Notes: a model not told the origin generated them from the letters alone. A stretch of 64,000 bases of DNA from an uncultured delta proteobacterium (GCA_963727625.1 CAVSHR010000002.1:576001-640000), one strand, 5' to 3'. Shown: positions 37,007 through 47,736, numbered from the stretch's first letter. Numbers and translations: made by a program.

Positions 37007-37894
37007 ATGGAAACCCTCCACGAAATCTTGGTTCGACTCAAGCTTCTTTTAGACACGCCGCTTGTGCCCATCGGTGGGACTAATTTCACCCTGTCGATGT
37101 TGCTCTATTTGATCATCTTGCTGGTTTTACTGGTCTACTTCAGCGGGCGATTGAAATTCTGGCTGGTCGACCGGCTCTTGGCACACACCAGCGTGGACAT
37201 CGGCGTCCGCCAAGCGGTCGGCTCGATCCTCCGCTACGTCATCATCGCCGTCGGGTTCGTGGTCATTTTGCAAACCTCCGGGATTGATTTGAGCGCACTG
37301 ACGGTGCTGGCCGGCGCCTTGGGCATCGGCGTCGGCTTGGGGCTCCAGAATGTCGCGAGCAATTTTATCAGCGGGTTGATTATCCTTTTCGAACGGCCGA
37401 TAAAAGTGGGAGACCGGGTCGAGGTCGGCGGAGTCACCGGCAATGTCGTGCAGATTTCGCCGCGGGCGACCACTGTGGTCTCCAACGACAACATCGCGAT
37501 CATCGTGCCCAACTCCGATTTTGTGACCTCTTCGGTGATCAACTGGAGCTACACGGATCGCGATGTGCGCTTCAATATTCCGGTCGGGGTCTCTTACAGT
37601 TCGGACCCGCAGGACGTGAAAAGGCTGCTGCTCGAAGTCGCCGCGGAGCACCCCGGCGTTTTAAAGCAGCCCCAGCCGGATGTGTTATTTCAAGAATTTG
37701 GCGACAGCTCCTTGAATTTCGTGCTGCGAGTTTGGACGCGAGATTACACTTCTCGACCGGGCGTCATCCGCAGCGATCTCAATTATGCGATCAGCGATAA
37801 ATTCAAGGAGCGCGGCGTCGAGATTCCATTTCCGCAACGAGACCTGCATATCCGCAGCAGCTCGGTGGATTTTTCGGCACCGACGCAGCGTTAA
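37007..37894 (+). CDS. Small-conductance mechanosensitive channel (MscS family)
   Basis: GVGLGLQNVASNFISGLIILFERPIKVGDRVEV and IPFPQRD. Confidence 0.94.
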   Translation: METLHEILVRLKLLLDTPLVPIGGTNFTLSMLLYLIILLVLLVYFSGRLKFWLVDRLLAHTSVDIGVRQAVGSILRYVIIAVGFVVILQTSGIDLSALTVLAGALGIGVGLGLQNVASNFISGLIILFERPIKVGDRVEVGGVTGNVVQISPRATTVVSNDNIAIIVPNSDFVTSSVINWSYTDRDVRFNIPVGVSYSSDPQDVKRLLLEVAAEHPGVLKQPQPDVLFQEFGDSSLNFVLRVWTRDYTSRPGVIRSDLNYAISDKFKERGVEIPFPQRDLHIRSSSVDFSAPTQR

Positions 37895-38126
37895 GGGATG
37901 GCAAGGAAGCCGCAGGTTCGATAAGGGTCGTGCCCGGCGTCACCGCCGTTAGCCGCGGTTTCTGGAGGGGGCGAGCATCGAGGGCAACGAGCACTTGAGT
38001 TTTATTGCAATGATGCGGACCGATCGATCGAGCTGCTTATCGTCAGATTCAACGGCCGAATTACTTGCGTTGTCGGCGGGGTTTAGATAATCCCCCAGCG
38101 TCAGGACTTTTGGGAGCGATGAAGTC

Positions 38127-38555
38127 ATGCCTGAAAAAAAATATCTCGTCCCGATCGACTTTTCGAAAAGCTCGGTGAGCGCCTTGCGCTACGCCGCCCG
38201 GTTGGCAAGCGCCGGTGAAAACAGCTCGTTACTGGTGCTCCATGTGATGACGCAACCGGCGGGGCTGGTGCCTTTCTATTTGCGAAAACAATTTTATGGG
38301 GAACTAGAACACGAGGCGCGAAAGAAACTTGCCGCGCTACTCAAACGAAAATCGATAGCGCAGGTCAAAAGCGCGATCGTGATTGTCCGCGCCGCCGACG
38401 CCGCCCGGGCCATCGCGCGCCAGGCGAAAAGATCGCGAGCGGCCATGATTGTCATGGGAAGCCAAGGACGGACCGGGATTAAGAGGCTGATTTTGGGAAG
38501 CGTGGCGGAAAAAACCGTAGGCACGGTGGCCTGCCCGGTCCTGATCGTTAAATAA
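38127..38555 (+). CDS. Universal stress protein (UspA family)
   Basis: LVPIDFS and IVMGSQGRTG..LGSVAE..CPVLIVK. Confidence 0.93.
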   Translation: MPEKKYLVPIDFSKSSVSALRYAARLASAGENSSLLVLHVMTQPAGLVPFYLRKQFYGELEHEARKKLAALLKRKSIAQVKSAIVIVRAADAARAIARQAKRSRAAMIVMGSQGRTGIKRLILGSVAEKTVGTVACPVLIVK

Positions 38556-38716
38556 CCGGGCCGGGCGATCGGCTCCAAATTCTTCGGCCACCGGATCGAC
38601 AACGGCGGTGAAGTCATGCTTGTGCCGGAACAAGGCGCCCTGGCGCCTTCCGTACGGGGTCCGTGCCGGCTGTCTTTACGATTGACTGAGATGATCTATA
38701 CAGTTAAACAAAAAGG

Positions 38717-41050
38717 GTGACACAAACGCCCGCCGCCGATTCTGCCCCGGGTACACTTGGGACTTTTGCGGGCGTGTTTACGCCCAGCATTCTCACCATT
38801 CTCGGCATCATCCTCTTTCTCCGCTTGGGCTTTGTCGTAGGCAGCGCCGGCCTGGGTCGGGCCCTGCTGATTATCGGCCTTTCGGCGGCCATCGCGATTC
38901 TCACGACGGTTTCACTTTCCGCCGTGGCCACCAATATCAAGGTCAAGGGCGGCGGAGACTACTATCTCATCTCGCGCACCCTGGGAGTCGAGTTTGGCGG
39001 CGCCATCGGCGTCGTGCTGTTTCTCGCCGATTCCGTGTCGATCGCTTTCTACGCTGTCGGTTTTGCCGAGGCGGTCAACGCGATCGTCCCTGCCGGTGGG
39101 CACTTGCCGGTTCCCATCATCGCTGCTCTCGCAGTCGGGTTCCTTTCTATTTTCGCCTGGCTCGGCGCGGACTGGGCGACTCGCCTTCAATACGCAATCA
39201 TGAGCGTCGTCGCGGCGGCGCTGCTATCCTTTTTCTATGGCGGCTTGCTCCATTGGGACCGCGCTCTTTTTGCTCAAAACTGGACCGGCGCCGGTCCCGA
39301 TTTGGGTTTTTGGCCGCTCTTTGCGATTTTTTTTCCGGCAATTACCGGGTTTACCCAAGGCGTGAACATGTCCGGTGACCTCACCAACCCGGGGAGAAGC
39401 CTGCCTCGCGGAACGTTTGCGGCTGTGGGGTTATCGCTCTTGGTTTATTTTGGCGCTGCGCTTGTGCTTGCAGGAAGCCTGAGCGGCTCGGTGCTGGTCA
39501 ACGACTATCACTCGATGAAGCGCATTGCTCAATACGGCTGGCTGATCGACGCCGGCTTGATCGCAGGTACTTTATCTTCGGCGATGGCTTCTTTTCTCGG
39601 TGCGCCGAGAATTCTTCAGTCTCTGGCGAATGACCGTATCTTTCCGATGCTATCTCCTTTCGCGGCGGGCGAAGGGCCGAGCAATAATCCGAGGCGCGCG
39701 GTTCTCCTGTCCGGACTGATTGCATTGGCGATTATGTTCATGGGCAATCTAAATTTCATCGCCTCGGTCGTTTCGATGTTTTTTCTGATCACCTACGCGC
39801 TTTTGAACTATGCGACTTTCTACGAGGCCAAGGCGGCGAGCCCGTCGTTTCGCCCGCGCTATCGGTTCTTCCATCCGCGCTTAAGTCTTTTGGGAGCGCT
39901 TGCCTCGCTAGGCGCGATGATCGCCATCGATCCGCCGGCCAGCGGCGTCGCGGTCGCTGTGCTGTTCGCAATCCATCAATATCTAAAACGCACAGCGGGA
40001 CCGGCACGTTGGGCCGACACTCGGCGGTCTTATCAGTTTCAGCTTGTGCGGGAAAATTTGCTGGCGATGGCGCCCGAGTCCGATCATCCGCGCGACTGGC
40101 GACCCTGCATCCTCGCATTTTGCGACGATCCGTCGAGGCGTGGGCGGCTTCTGAGATTCGCCTCGTGGATCGAGGGAGGAAGCGGGCTGACAACGGCAGT
40201 CAACATGATCGAAGGTGAAGACGAAAAAGCGCTGCAGCTGCGCGACAAAGCTGCCGAGGAAATCCAGCGGTACATTGCTGAACACGAGTTGCAAGTGTTT
40301 CCCCGCGTCATTGTCACGCCCGAGTTCCGCGGCGGTGTTGAAACGCTCATTCAATCGTTCGGAATCGGCCCTATTCGGGCCAATATGGTGCTGTTGAGTA
40401 GCCGCGAGCAGCTTCCGGCCATGGTGGAAAGCGATGATCAAATTCGTTACGGACGGGAACTCCACGAGGCGATACGCCTGCGCTGCAACGTCGTCGTGCT
40501 CGATGCCGAGGCTGAGGAATGGTCCAGGGTGGAGAGTCTAGAAGGTTCCGATCTGCGAATCGACGTTTGGTGGTGGGGCGACCGGACGAGTCGTCTCATG
40601 CTGCTTCTCGCATACTTGATGACTCGCAGCGAGCAATGGAGCCAAGCCACCGTCCACGTTTTCGTGCCAAGCTCACCGCTGGCGTCCGAAAAAACTCTTG
40701 TGAGCGTTCGCCACATGCTCCAGGAGATTCGCATCGACGCGGAGCCCGAAGTGGTATTCGAAGTCGACGCGGATGCTGTGGTGCGCCATTCAGAAACCGC
40801 TAGTCTGGTTTTCTTTCCGCTTCGTTTCCGCGAATTAGGTTTATTGACCGCACTGGGAGACCAAGCGAGCGTAGGGGGCTTCGTCAAGCGCCTGCCCATC
40901 GTGGCGCTCACGCTGGCAGCCGAGGACATCGATCTCAGCGCCGGTCCCGACGAAGGTAAGCTGGCGGAGGTTGCAGCGGCGCTTGACGCGGCAAGGGAGA
41001 CGGAAGTGGCTGCGCTTAAGGCGGAAAAAGAGGCGCAACGGAAACTTTAG
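38717..41050 (+). CDS. SLC12/cation-chloride-cotransporter-like APC family transporter
   Basis: LGTFAGVFTPSILTILGIILFLR, GGGDYYLISRTLG, FFPAITG and a cytoplasmic domain beginning at DWRP. Confidence 0.88.
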   Translation: MTQTPAADSAPGTLGTFAGVFTPSILTILGIILFLRLGFVVGSAGLGRALLIIGLSAAIAILTTVSLSAVATNIKVKGGGDYYLISRTLGVEFGGAIGVVLFLADSVSIAFYAVGFAEAVNAIVPAGGHLPVPIIAALAVGFLSIFAWLGADWATRLQYAIMSVVAAALLSFFYGGLLHWDRALFAQNWTGAGPDLGFWPLFAIFFPAITGFTQGVNMSGDLTNPGRSLPRGTFAAVGLSLLVYFGAALVLAGSLSGSVLVNDYHSMKRIAQYGWLIDAGLIAGTLSSAMASFLGAPRILQSLANDRIFPMLSPFAAGEGPSNNPRRAVLLSGLIALAIMFMGNLNFIASVVSMFFLITYALLNYATFYEAKAASPSFRPRYRFFHPRLSLLGALASLGAMIAIDPPASGVAVAVLFAIHQYLKRTAGPARWADTRRSYQFQLVRENLLAMAPESDHPRDWRPCILAFCDDPSRRGRLLRFASWIEGGSGLTTAVNMIEGEDEKALQLRDKAAEEIQRYIAEHELQVFPRVIVTPEFRGGVETLIQSFGIGPIRANMVLLSSREQLPAMVESDDQIRYGRELHEAIRLRCNVVVLDAEAEEWSRVESLEGSDLRIDVWWWGDRTSRLMLLLAYLMTRSEQWSQATVHVFVPSSPLASEKTLVSVRHMLQEIRIDAEPEVVFEVDADAVVRHSETASLVFFPLRFRELGLLTALGDQASVGGFVKRLPIVALTLAAEDIDLSAGPDEGKLAEVAAALDAARETEVAALKAEKEAQRKL

Positions 41051-41210
41051 GCGAGGGCAGAACCGCAATCCGAGGCGGCCGCCGCCGCAGCGCTCACCGT
41101 TGGGCCGCGGATTAAAAAATAGCGCGGGAAAATTTGCGTCCGGTTTGGCGGCGCCCTCATGGCTGCGCCGGTCCACCGGCGATCGCTCGGTTCATCAGGG
41201 GGAGGTTGTT

Positions 41211-41696
41211 ATGTATTTTCGCACGTTACTGATCGTCATCGTTTTGGGCGCGCTCGCGTCTTTCGCGATGCTTAACTGGGGCGTTATCATGACCCCGACG
41301 ACGCTCTCGCTTGCTTATGCCGATGTCGAAGCGCCGCTCGGCTTGATTCTCCTGGCCTCGACCGGCGTGCTTACGCTGCTGTTTCTCGTCTACCTGGTTT
41401 ATTTGCAATCGTCCGCGCTAGTGGAGAGCCGGCGTTACGCGCGTGAGCTGCAGGCGCAAAAGGAAATCGCCGAGAACACCGAAGCCTCGCGCTTCAGCCA
41501 GTTGCAGGCGTACCTGGAAACCGAGCTGCGACAATCGGCAGCGCAGAGTTCGGAGTTCAAGACCGCCGTGCTCGCCAGACTCGATGATCTCGACCGCGAA
41601 ATGCGCGCAACGATCGAACAGTCGAGCACTAGTCTCTCCGCTTACCTCGGCGAGATCGAAGATCGCTTGGAGCGCACGGCGGGCGGAAAGAGCTAA
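41211..41696 (+). CDS. LapA-like membrane protein with a coiled-coil tail
   Basis: GGAGG RBS before ATG 41211; two TM segments around FAMLNW..APLGLILL. Confidence 0.78.
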   Translation: MYFRTLLIVIVLGALASFAMLNWGVIMTPTTLSLAYADVEAPLGLILLASTGVLTLLFLVYLVYLQSSALVESRRYARELQAQKEIAENTEASRFSQLQAYLETELRQSAAQSSEFKTAVLARLDDLDREMRATIEQSSTSLSAYLGEIEDRLERTAGGKS

Positions 41697-41835
41697 TTGT
41701 GGAAGGAGGATGCGCTCGCGGACGGACCCGCAGTCGCGGTGCATTTTACAGCAAGCTCTCTTGGGCGACCTGTCGCTCGGCGGAAGGGGAATAAAACCGG
41801 AGCGCTGGTTTGACTGAAGGAGGAGGAGCGGATTC

Positions 41836-42570
41836 ATGGGCAGGCTTGACGGGCAGGTGGCGCTGATCACCGGCGGCAGCCGGGGCATAGGCCGGGCGGT
41901 GGCGCTTGCGTTTGCGCGCGAAGGCGCTCGTGTGGCCGTCGCCGCGGTGCAGGATCGCCAGGCGTTGGAACGGGTACAGGGCGAAATCATCGGCCTGAAC
42001 AGCGATGCCATTGCCACCCTGGCGGACGTGGCGCGGCGTGGTGACGTCGATGGGCTTGTGCAAACCGTCGTCGCCAGGTGGGGCCGGATCGATATCCTGG
42101 TCAACAACGCCGGCATTTTGCGGCTGGCGCCGTTGGAGAAAATATCCGAGGATCGCTGGGATGAAACTTTGGCGGTGCATCTCAAGGGAACCTTCAACTG
42201 CACTCAAGCGGTGCTGCCGTTTATGAAGCAAGGGCAAAGGGGCAAGATCATCAACGTGGCGGCGCCGTCGGCGTTGCGCGGCTCGTTCGGTGTGGCGGAC
42301 TATGCGGCGGCCAAGGGCGGCATCGTCGCGTTTACCCGCAATGCCGCCAATGAATTGAAGGCTTACAATATTCAAGTGAACTGTATTTCGCCGGTGGCGA
42401 ACACCCGCATGACCGAAGCACTGGTCAATTTTCGCCGCGGGCAATCCGGACTGCCGCAGCGCGAGCGCGAATTTTTATCACCCGAGGCGGTGGCGCCGGC
42501 GTTTGTTTTTTTCGCTAGCGCGGATTCCGATTACGTGTCCGGACAGTTGCTCGAAGTAGGTCGGAGCTGA
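41836..42570 (+). CDS. SDR family NAD(P)-dependent oxidoreductase
   Basis: TGGSRGIG, NNAG and YAAAK. Confidence 0.94.
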   Translation: MGRLDGQVALITGGSRGIGRAVALAFAREGARVAVAAVQDRQALERVQGEIIGLNSDAIATLADVARRGDVDGLVQTVVARWGRIDILVNNAGILRLAPLEKISEDRWDETLAVHLKGTFNCTQAVLPFMKQGQRGKIINVAAPSALRGSFGVADYAAAKGGIVAFTRNAANELKAYNIQVNCISPVANTRMTEALVNFRRGQSGLPQREREFLSPEAVAPAFVFFASADSDYVSGQLLEVGRS

Positions 42571-42609
42571 GGATCGATCACCCGAGCGAGTAAAAGTTTC
42601 TTTGTCTGC

Positions 42610-43863
42610 CTATTTCTTGACGCTGACGCGCCAAACCTTTCCCGCCGCGTCGTCGGCGACCAGCAACGAGCCGTCGGTCCAAACCGCCACGCCGACGGGA
42701 CGGCCGTAAACATCGCTGCTCCTGGGATTTACCCTAAAACCGGTGAGAAAATCTTCGATGGCGCCGGCGGGCTTGCCGTTTTGGAAAGGCACGAAGGCAA
42801 CTTTGTAGCCGACTAAATCGGACCGGTTCCAGGAGCCGTGCATGCCGATAAAGGCGCCGCCGTGATAGCGTGCGGGAAACGACTTGCCGTTATTAAACGC
42901 CAAGCCGAGCGGCGCGACGTGGGAGCCCAATGCGAAATCCGGCTTGAGCGCTTTCGCAACTAAATCCGGGCGCTGGCCTTTCTTGCGCGGATCTTCGTTC
43001 TGACCGAAGTAAGAATAAGGCCAGCCGTAAAAAGCGCCTTCCTTCACGCTCGTCAAATAATCCGGCACCAACTCATCGCCGAGGCCGTCGCGCTCGTTGA
43101 CCACGGCCCACAATGCTTTTGTCTTTGGCTCCCAGTCCATGCCGACGGGATTGCGCATACCGTTGCTGAAGACACGCATACCGCTGCCGTCAGGGTTGAT
43201 CTCAAGAATCGCGGCGCGGCGCGGATCCTTTTCGTCGACCTGCTGCTCGTCGACGTTGGTGGCCGAGCCCACCGCGACGTAAAGTTTCTTTCCGGCAGGG
43301 TCGGCGAGGATGTTCCTGGTATAGTGGCCGCCGGCGGGCAGATCGAGAATTTTTTCCGGCCGCCGCCGGATTTGCGTGTCGCCGGTTTGATAGGGGAATA
43401 CCACGATGCTATCCGTGTTGCCGACATAAAATCGCGCGCCGACCAAGGCCATGCCGAAAGCCATGTTGAGCCGGCGCAAAAATACCGTGCGGAGATCGGG
43501 CCGGCCGGTCTTATTCGTATCGCGCAATAAAATCACTCGGCTGCCGCCATTCTGCCGGAGCGATTCCATGACCAAGACGTCGCCGTTCGGCAGGACATAA
43601 ATTGTGCGCGGATTTTCGAGCTGGTCGACGAACTGACTGACTTCGAAACCAGCAGGCGCAATGGGCGTTTTCCCCTTAGGCCAGAAAACTACTCGAGGCG
43701 GCTGCGCCGCGGAGCGCGTCGCGAAGGGTTGCGGTAAAGCCAACTGCTCGGCAGGCCCAGTCTCGACGATGCGCGGATTGGTGGCCTCGGCGGCGAGTAG
43801 CCCGGAAGAGAAAAGTGACAGGATTCCCGCCAATAGTGTGAAGCTCGCTAAGATCTCGCGCAT
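42610..43863 (-). CDS. Sorbosone/PQQ-dependent sugar dehydrogenase family protein
   Basis: Signal peptide; GMRNPVG, VNERDGLGDELVPDY, HGSWNR and GRPVGV. Confidence 0.9.
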   Translation of the reverse strand: MREILASFTLLAGILSLFSSGLLAAEATNPRIVETGPAEQLALPQPFATRSAAQPPRVVFWPKGKTPIAPAGFEVSQFVDQLENPRTIYVLPNGDVLVMESLRQNGGSRVILLRDTNKTGRPDLRTVFLRRLNMAFGMALVGARFYVGNTDSIVVFPYQTGDTQIRRRPEKILDLPAGGHYTRNILADPAGKKLYVAVGSATNVDEQQVDEKDPRRAAILEINPDGSGMRVFSNGMRNPVGMDWEPKTKALWAVVNERDGLGDELVPDYLTSVKEGAFYGWPYSYFGQNEDPRKKGQRPDLVAKALKPDFALGSHVAPLGLAFNNGKSFPARYHGGAFIGMHGSWNRSDLVGYKVAFVPFQNGKPAGAIEDFLTGFRVNPRSSDVYGRPVGVAVWTDGSLLVADDAAGKVWRVSVKK

Positions 43864-44047
43864 CGTGATTATTTCCCGTTCTCGGTTGCCTTCGGCTCGA
43901 TGGCTTTCTCGATTTGCTTTGCTTGATCACACAAGATCCCCCATTGATTTAGCATTGAATAAAACGTTTTTGAACCATTGACCTAGACGATGGAGTTGTG
44001 TGACAGGGTTGGTCTGTTCTAATATCGCCGGACCGGAGGGGAGACAA

Positions 44048-45472
44048 ATGCATTATCGCGACTTGCGCGGCTGGTTGGAGGGGGTGGACTCGTTCGGCGA
44101 GCTCCGCGTCGTCGAAGGCGCCGACTGGAACCAGGAAATCGGCGCGGTGGCCGAAGTGGCGGCGCAATCCGACCCGCCACCTGCCGTACTGTTCGATAGG
44201 ATCAAGGATTATCCGGCAGGACGGCGCGTTTTGACCGGAGTTCATAATCCGACGCTCAAACGCCAATGCTTGACCAATCATTTGCCGCTCGATTTCAGCC
44301 GCGATCAGTTCATCGACGCCTGGAAGAAACGTTTGGACAATCCCAAGCTCATCGCGCCGCGGGCGGTCGACTCGGGGCCGCTGATGGAAAATGTCTTCGA
44401 AGGCAAGGATATCGATCTTCTGTCTTTACCCGCGCCCCATTGGCATGAAGGCGACGGCGGCCGCTACCTGGGTTCCCTCGATATCACGATCAGCCGCGAC
44501 GCCGACGAAGGCTGGATCAATCTCGGCTGCTATCGCGTCATGGTGCATGACCGCGACACCCTGGCGCTCTATATTTCGCCGGGCCACCACGGCAACATTC
44601 ACCGGCAAAAATATTTCGACCGGGGTGAGCCGTTTCCGGTGGCGATCAGTTTCGGCCCGGACCCGCTGCTGTGGTTCTTCGGCCAGATGGAGATCCCCGC
44701 CGGTCAATCGGAATACGACTACGCCGGCGGCGTGCGCGGCGAGCCTTTCGAAGTTTTGCTCGGCAAGCACACCGGCTTGCCGATTCCGGCGTATTCCGAG
44801 GTTGCCATCGAGGGCGAAGTGATTCCGGGTACGGCAATTCCCGAAGGGCCGTTCGGCGAATTCACCGGCTATTACGCCGGCGGCCGTCGCTTCGAGCCGA
44901 TGCTCAAGGTGAAGCGGTTGATGCACCGCGACGATCCGATCATCACCGGCGCGCCGCCGTTTCGTCCCGCGCCGGGCGCGGAAAACAATCTCATTCGCGC
45001 CGCGTATATTTGGAATTATCTTGAAAAAGCCGGCGTCCCCGACGTGCGTGAGGTGGCCTACTACCAGACGCGCATGCTGGTCGTCGTGGCGATCAAGCAG
45101 CGCTATCCCGGCCACGCGCGCCAAGCCGCTCTGATCGCGTCGCAATGCCGCGCGGCGGCGCTGTTAACCCGTTACGTCGTGGTCGTGGATGAGGATATTG
45201 ACATCTGGGACAGCAACGAGCTGCTTTGGGCGCTTTGCACGCGCACCGATCCGGCCAAGGACATCGATATTATGCGCCGGTGCTGGAGCAATCCAATTGA
45301 TCCGATCATCCCGCCGAGCGAACGCGGCTTTCAGTCGCGCGGCATCATCGACGCGTGCAAGCCCTACGAGTGGATCAACGAGTTCCCGAAGGTGTCGGGC
45401 GCGAGCCGCGAGCTGAAAGAGACGGTGGTTAAGAAGTTTGGCGCGAGCTTGGCTGGGAAGAAGGACAGTTGA
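44048..45472 (+). CDS. UbiD family (prFMN-dependent) decarboxylase
   Basis: DLRGWL, NLGCYR, PEGPFGEFTGYY and VVVDEDID. Confidence 0.93.
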   Translation: MHYRDLRGWLEGVDSFGELRVVEGADWNQEIGAVAEVAAQSDPPPAVLFDRIKDYPAGRRVLTGVHNPTLKRQCLTNHLPLDFSRDQFIDAWKKRLDNPKLIAPRAVDSGPLMENVFEGKDIDLLSLPAPHWHEGDGGRYLGSLDITISRDADEGWINLGCYRVMVHDRDTLALYISPGHHGNIHRQKYFDRGEPFPVAISFGPDPLLWFFGQMEIPAGQSEYDYAGGVRGEPFEVLLGKHTGLPIPAYSEVAIEGEVIPGTAIPEGPFGEFTGYYAGGRRFEPMLKVKRLMHRDDPIITGAPPFRPAPGAENNLIRAAYIWNYLEKAGVPDVREVAYYQTRMLVVVAIKQRYPGHARQAALIASQCRAAALLTRYVVVVDEDIDIWDSNELLWALCTRTDPAKDIDIMRRCWSNPIDPIIPPSERGFQSRGIIDACKPYEWINEFPKVSGASRELKETVVKKFGASLAGKKDS

Positions 45473-45533
45473 AAAAAGTTTTACGGCCAATGATTCACCA
45501 CCAATCGCAGTGCCGCAACCAAGTCTCGGAATA

Positions 45534-45614
45534 TCTCCCGCAAAGACGCAAAGGCCGCAAAGAAATAGAATCCTATCTTTCCGATCTTGGCGTCCTTGGC
45601 GCCTTGGCGGGAGA
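45534..45614. repeat. Inverted repeat built from CGCAAAG-like units
   Basis: tctcccgcaaagacgcaaaggccgcaaag ... cttggcgtccttggcgccttggcgggaga. Confidence 0.65.
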
Positions 45615-45705
45615 AAGATCCGAATCGAAGGTGTTTTATGGGTAAGGAAACTTGCGCAAGCCGTAAAAACTCTCGACCATAGGAGTACGAAGTTAGGATC
45701 AAACC

Positions 45706-46671
45706 ATGTTGAATCAATTTTCGTCATCGATCATCGCCGGAATGTTGGGTCTGCTTATCCTACTGGCACCGCCGGTTTACGGCCAGCAGGACGGAAGAAG
45801 AGGGCTGGAGAAGATCCGCCTCACGGTGCCGGCCAAGGCGTTGACGTTCCTGCCTTATTATTTCGGCAAGGCGCAGGGAATTTTTGCCAAGGAAGGAATC
45901 GATCTGGAGATCATCGTTATGCGGCCGCCGTTGGGTGTCACCGCCCTGGTGGCGGGGGATCTCGACTACACGGCAGCGGGCGGCCTGTCGTTCCGCGCCG
46001 CGATGAAGGGCGTGCCGATCCGTACCATCGCGTTCATTCAGACGCGTTTGAGTTTCAGCCTGATCGGCCAGCCGGGCATGACGCCGGCGCGTATCCGCAC
46101 CGTCGCCGTCAGCGGCATCGGCTCGCTGGCGCATTACGCCGGGATCACCGTGATGAAAAGACTCGGCCATGAGAAGGTCACCTATGTCTCGACCAACACC
46201 ACCGGCAACAGCTACACGGCGTTGCTGGCCAAAGCGGCGGACGCGGTCATTCTCACGCCGCCTTACACCTCGATGGCGACGCTGGCCGGCTACGTGGATT
46301 TGGGCAACACCTACGACGTGCGCGACTTGCAAGGCGGCCTGGTGGCGCGCCTGCCTTATATTCAAGAGCACCGCGAGCGGGTAAAAGCGATGATTCGCGC
46401 CACTTTGCGAAGCATGGATAGTATCGTCAAAAACGAGTCGGTCGTCATTGCCTACTTGCAAAAAGACTTCGGCCTGGAGCCTGGGATCGCCGTGGACACC
46501 TACAAAATTCTTAAACAGATCGTCAACACGGACGGCGACATCGAAGGAGCGGTGCTGCAATCGATTCTCGAAAAAATCAAGCGGGAATCCGGCATCAGCG
46601 GCGAAGTACCGGCGGATCGTCTGGTCGACTTGTCGGTCTTGAGGGAGGCGAAAGCGGAGTTGAGGAAGTGA
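45706..46671 (+). CDS. ABC transporter substrate-binding protein (NMT1/SsuA-like)
   Basis: Signal peptide; GIFAKEGIDLEI..ALVAGDLDY. Confidence 0.88.
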   Translation: MLNQFSSSIIAGMLGLLILLAPPVYGQQDGRRGLEKIRLTVPAKALTFLPYYFGKAQGIFAKEGIDLEIIVMRPPLGVTALVAGDLDYTAAGGLSFRAAMKGVPIRTIAFIQTRLSFSLIGQPGMTPARIRTVAVSGIGSLAHYAGITVMKRLGHEKVTYVSTNTTGNSYTALLAKAADAVILTPPYTSMATLAGYVDLGNTYDVRDLQGGLVARLPYIQEHRERVKAMIRATLRSMDSIVKNESVVIAYLQKDFGLEPGIAVDTYKILKQIVNTDGDIEGAVLQSILEKIKRESGISGEVPADRLVDLSVLREAKAELRK

Positions 46672-47011
46672 TAACAGTTTGGGGCGCTACCCTCGTTAGC
46701 GGGAGTGCTTATGAAAACCAGGGTCGGTTTTTCGTCGCTTTTGGCCGCGCACAAGGTTCTCGGTAAGATGTATTTCGATTGAAGCAAGCGGCTAACGCGG
46801 AGAAACAGCTCATTGCGTCGAAAGAGGCCTGCCCGGTCTTCCGCTAATGCGAAGCTTATGACGATCTCAAGTAGGTCATCGAGGCACACAAAGCGAAGCA
46901 GAAATAGCAAAAACAGTTTAGGGTTCAGGGCCTGGGGTTCAGGGATTGGCATCTCCCGACACTCTACACTCGAAACCCTGGACTCTAGACCACAAGGACT
47001 GGAGGTTGCGC

Positions 47012-47734
47012 ATGGCTGAAGCGATCAAAGCGCGCATCGGATTCGTCAGCGGCGGCGCCGGCTCGATGCCTCATTACAATAGCTTTCTGCCGATCGTGCC
47101 GAAGGAGATCGCGATCGATTTCCGGGGGCTGGAACTCTACGGCAAATCGCTCTACGAGATAGCGGACAAGAAGGAAATTATTCTCCGTCGTGTGAGGGAG
47201 TTCATCGCCGAGCGAAAATGGGACGGCCTGATACTCACGGCGGCGCCGACGGAAGTTTTAAACCCCGGGCTTTACGCCGACCTCCAGGCCGCGGTCTCTA
47301 TTCCGTTTACTACTGCGCTCAACGCCTGTGTGGCGGCGCTGCGTATTTACTCGGCGCCGCGGGTGCTGCTGCTGACTCCCTTCGATGCAAAGTTGAACGA
47401 CTTGATCGTCGCCCATCTCGCGAAAGCCGGCGTGACGGCACTGTCGCCCAACTCTTTTGATGAACTCGGCGTGCCCAAACGGATGACGCCGGACGAGGTT
47501 TTCGATCTGACAGCGAAGAATCTGGCAGCGGTGGGGAAAGTCGATGCGATCTACTTTCAGGGCGCGGTGCTCGACCCGATCAAATGCCTCGAGCGAATCG
47601 AGTCGGAGTTGAATGCCACCGTGATCGCGAGCAACCCGGCGATGCTCTGGTACGTGCTATCGAAGCTGAAACTCTCCTATCCGATGAGCGGGTACGGTCG
47701 TTTACTGCGGGAGTGGCCGAAACTTCCGGATTAA
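47012..47734 (+). CDS. Asp/Glu racemase / maleate isomerase-like protein lacking the Cys dyad
   Basis: RVLLLTPF and IESEL..VIASNPAMLW..GYGRLL. Confidence 0.75.
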   Translation: MAEAIKARIGFVSGGAGSMPHYNSFLPIVPKEIAIDFRGLELYGKSLYEIADKKEIILRRVREFIAERKWDGLILTAAPTEVLNPGLYADLQAAVSIPFTTALNACVAALRIYSAPRVLLLTPFDAKLNDLIVAHLAKAGVTALSPNSFDELGVPKRMTPDEVFDLTAKNLAAVGKVDAIYFQGAVLDPIKCLERIESELNATVIASNPAMLWYVLSKLKLSYPMSGYGRLLREWPKLPD

Positions 47735-47736
47735 CG

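Noticed and set aside
41048-41050. TAG readthrough (pyrrolysine) in the transporter tail
   Set aside because: There is no catalytic context and no pyl genes are visible; an ordinary or premature stop is simpler.
40971-41210. N-terminal extension of the 241-aa ORF
   Set aside because: It overlaps the transporter, and the RBS supports ATG 41211.
46700-46910. Possible decayed gene after the SBP
   Set aside because: Protein-like stretches are interrupted by stops, but no family could be recognised.
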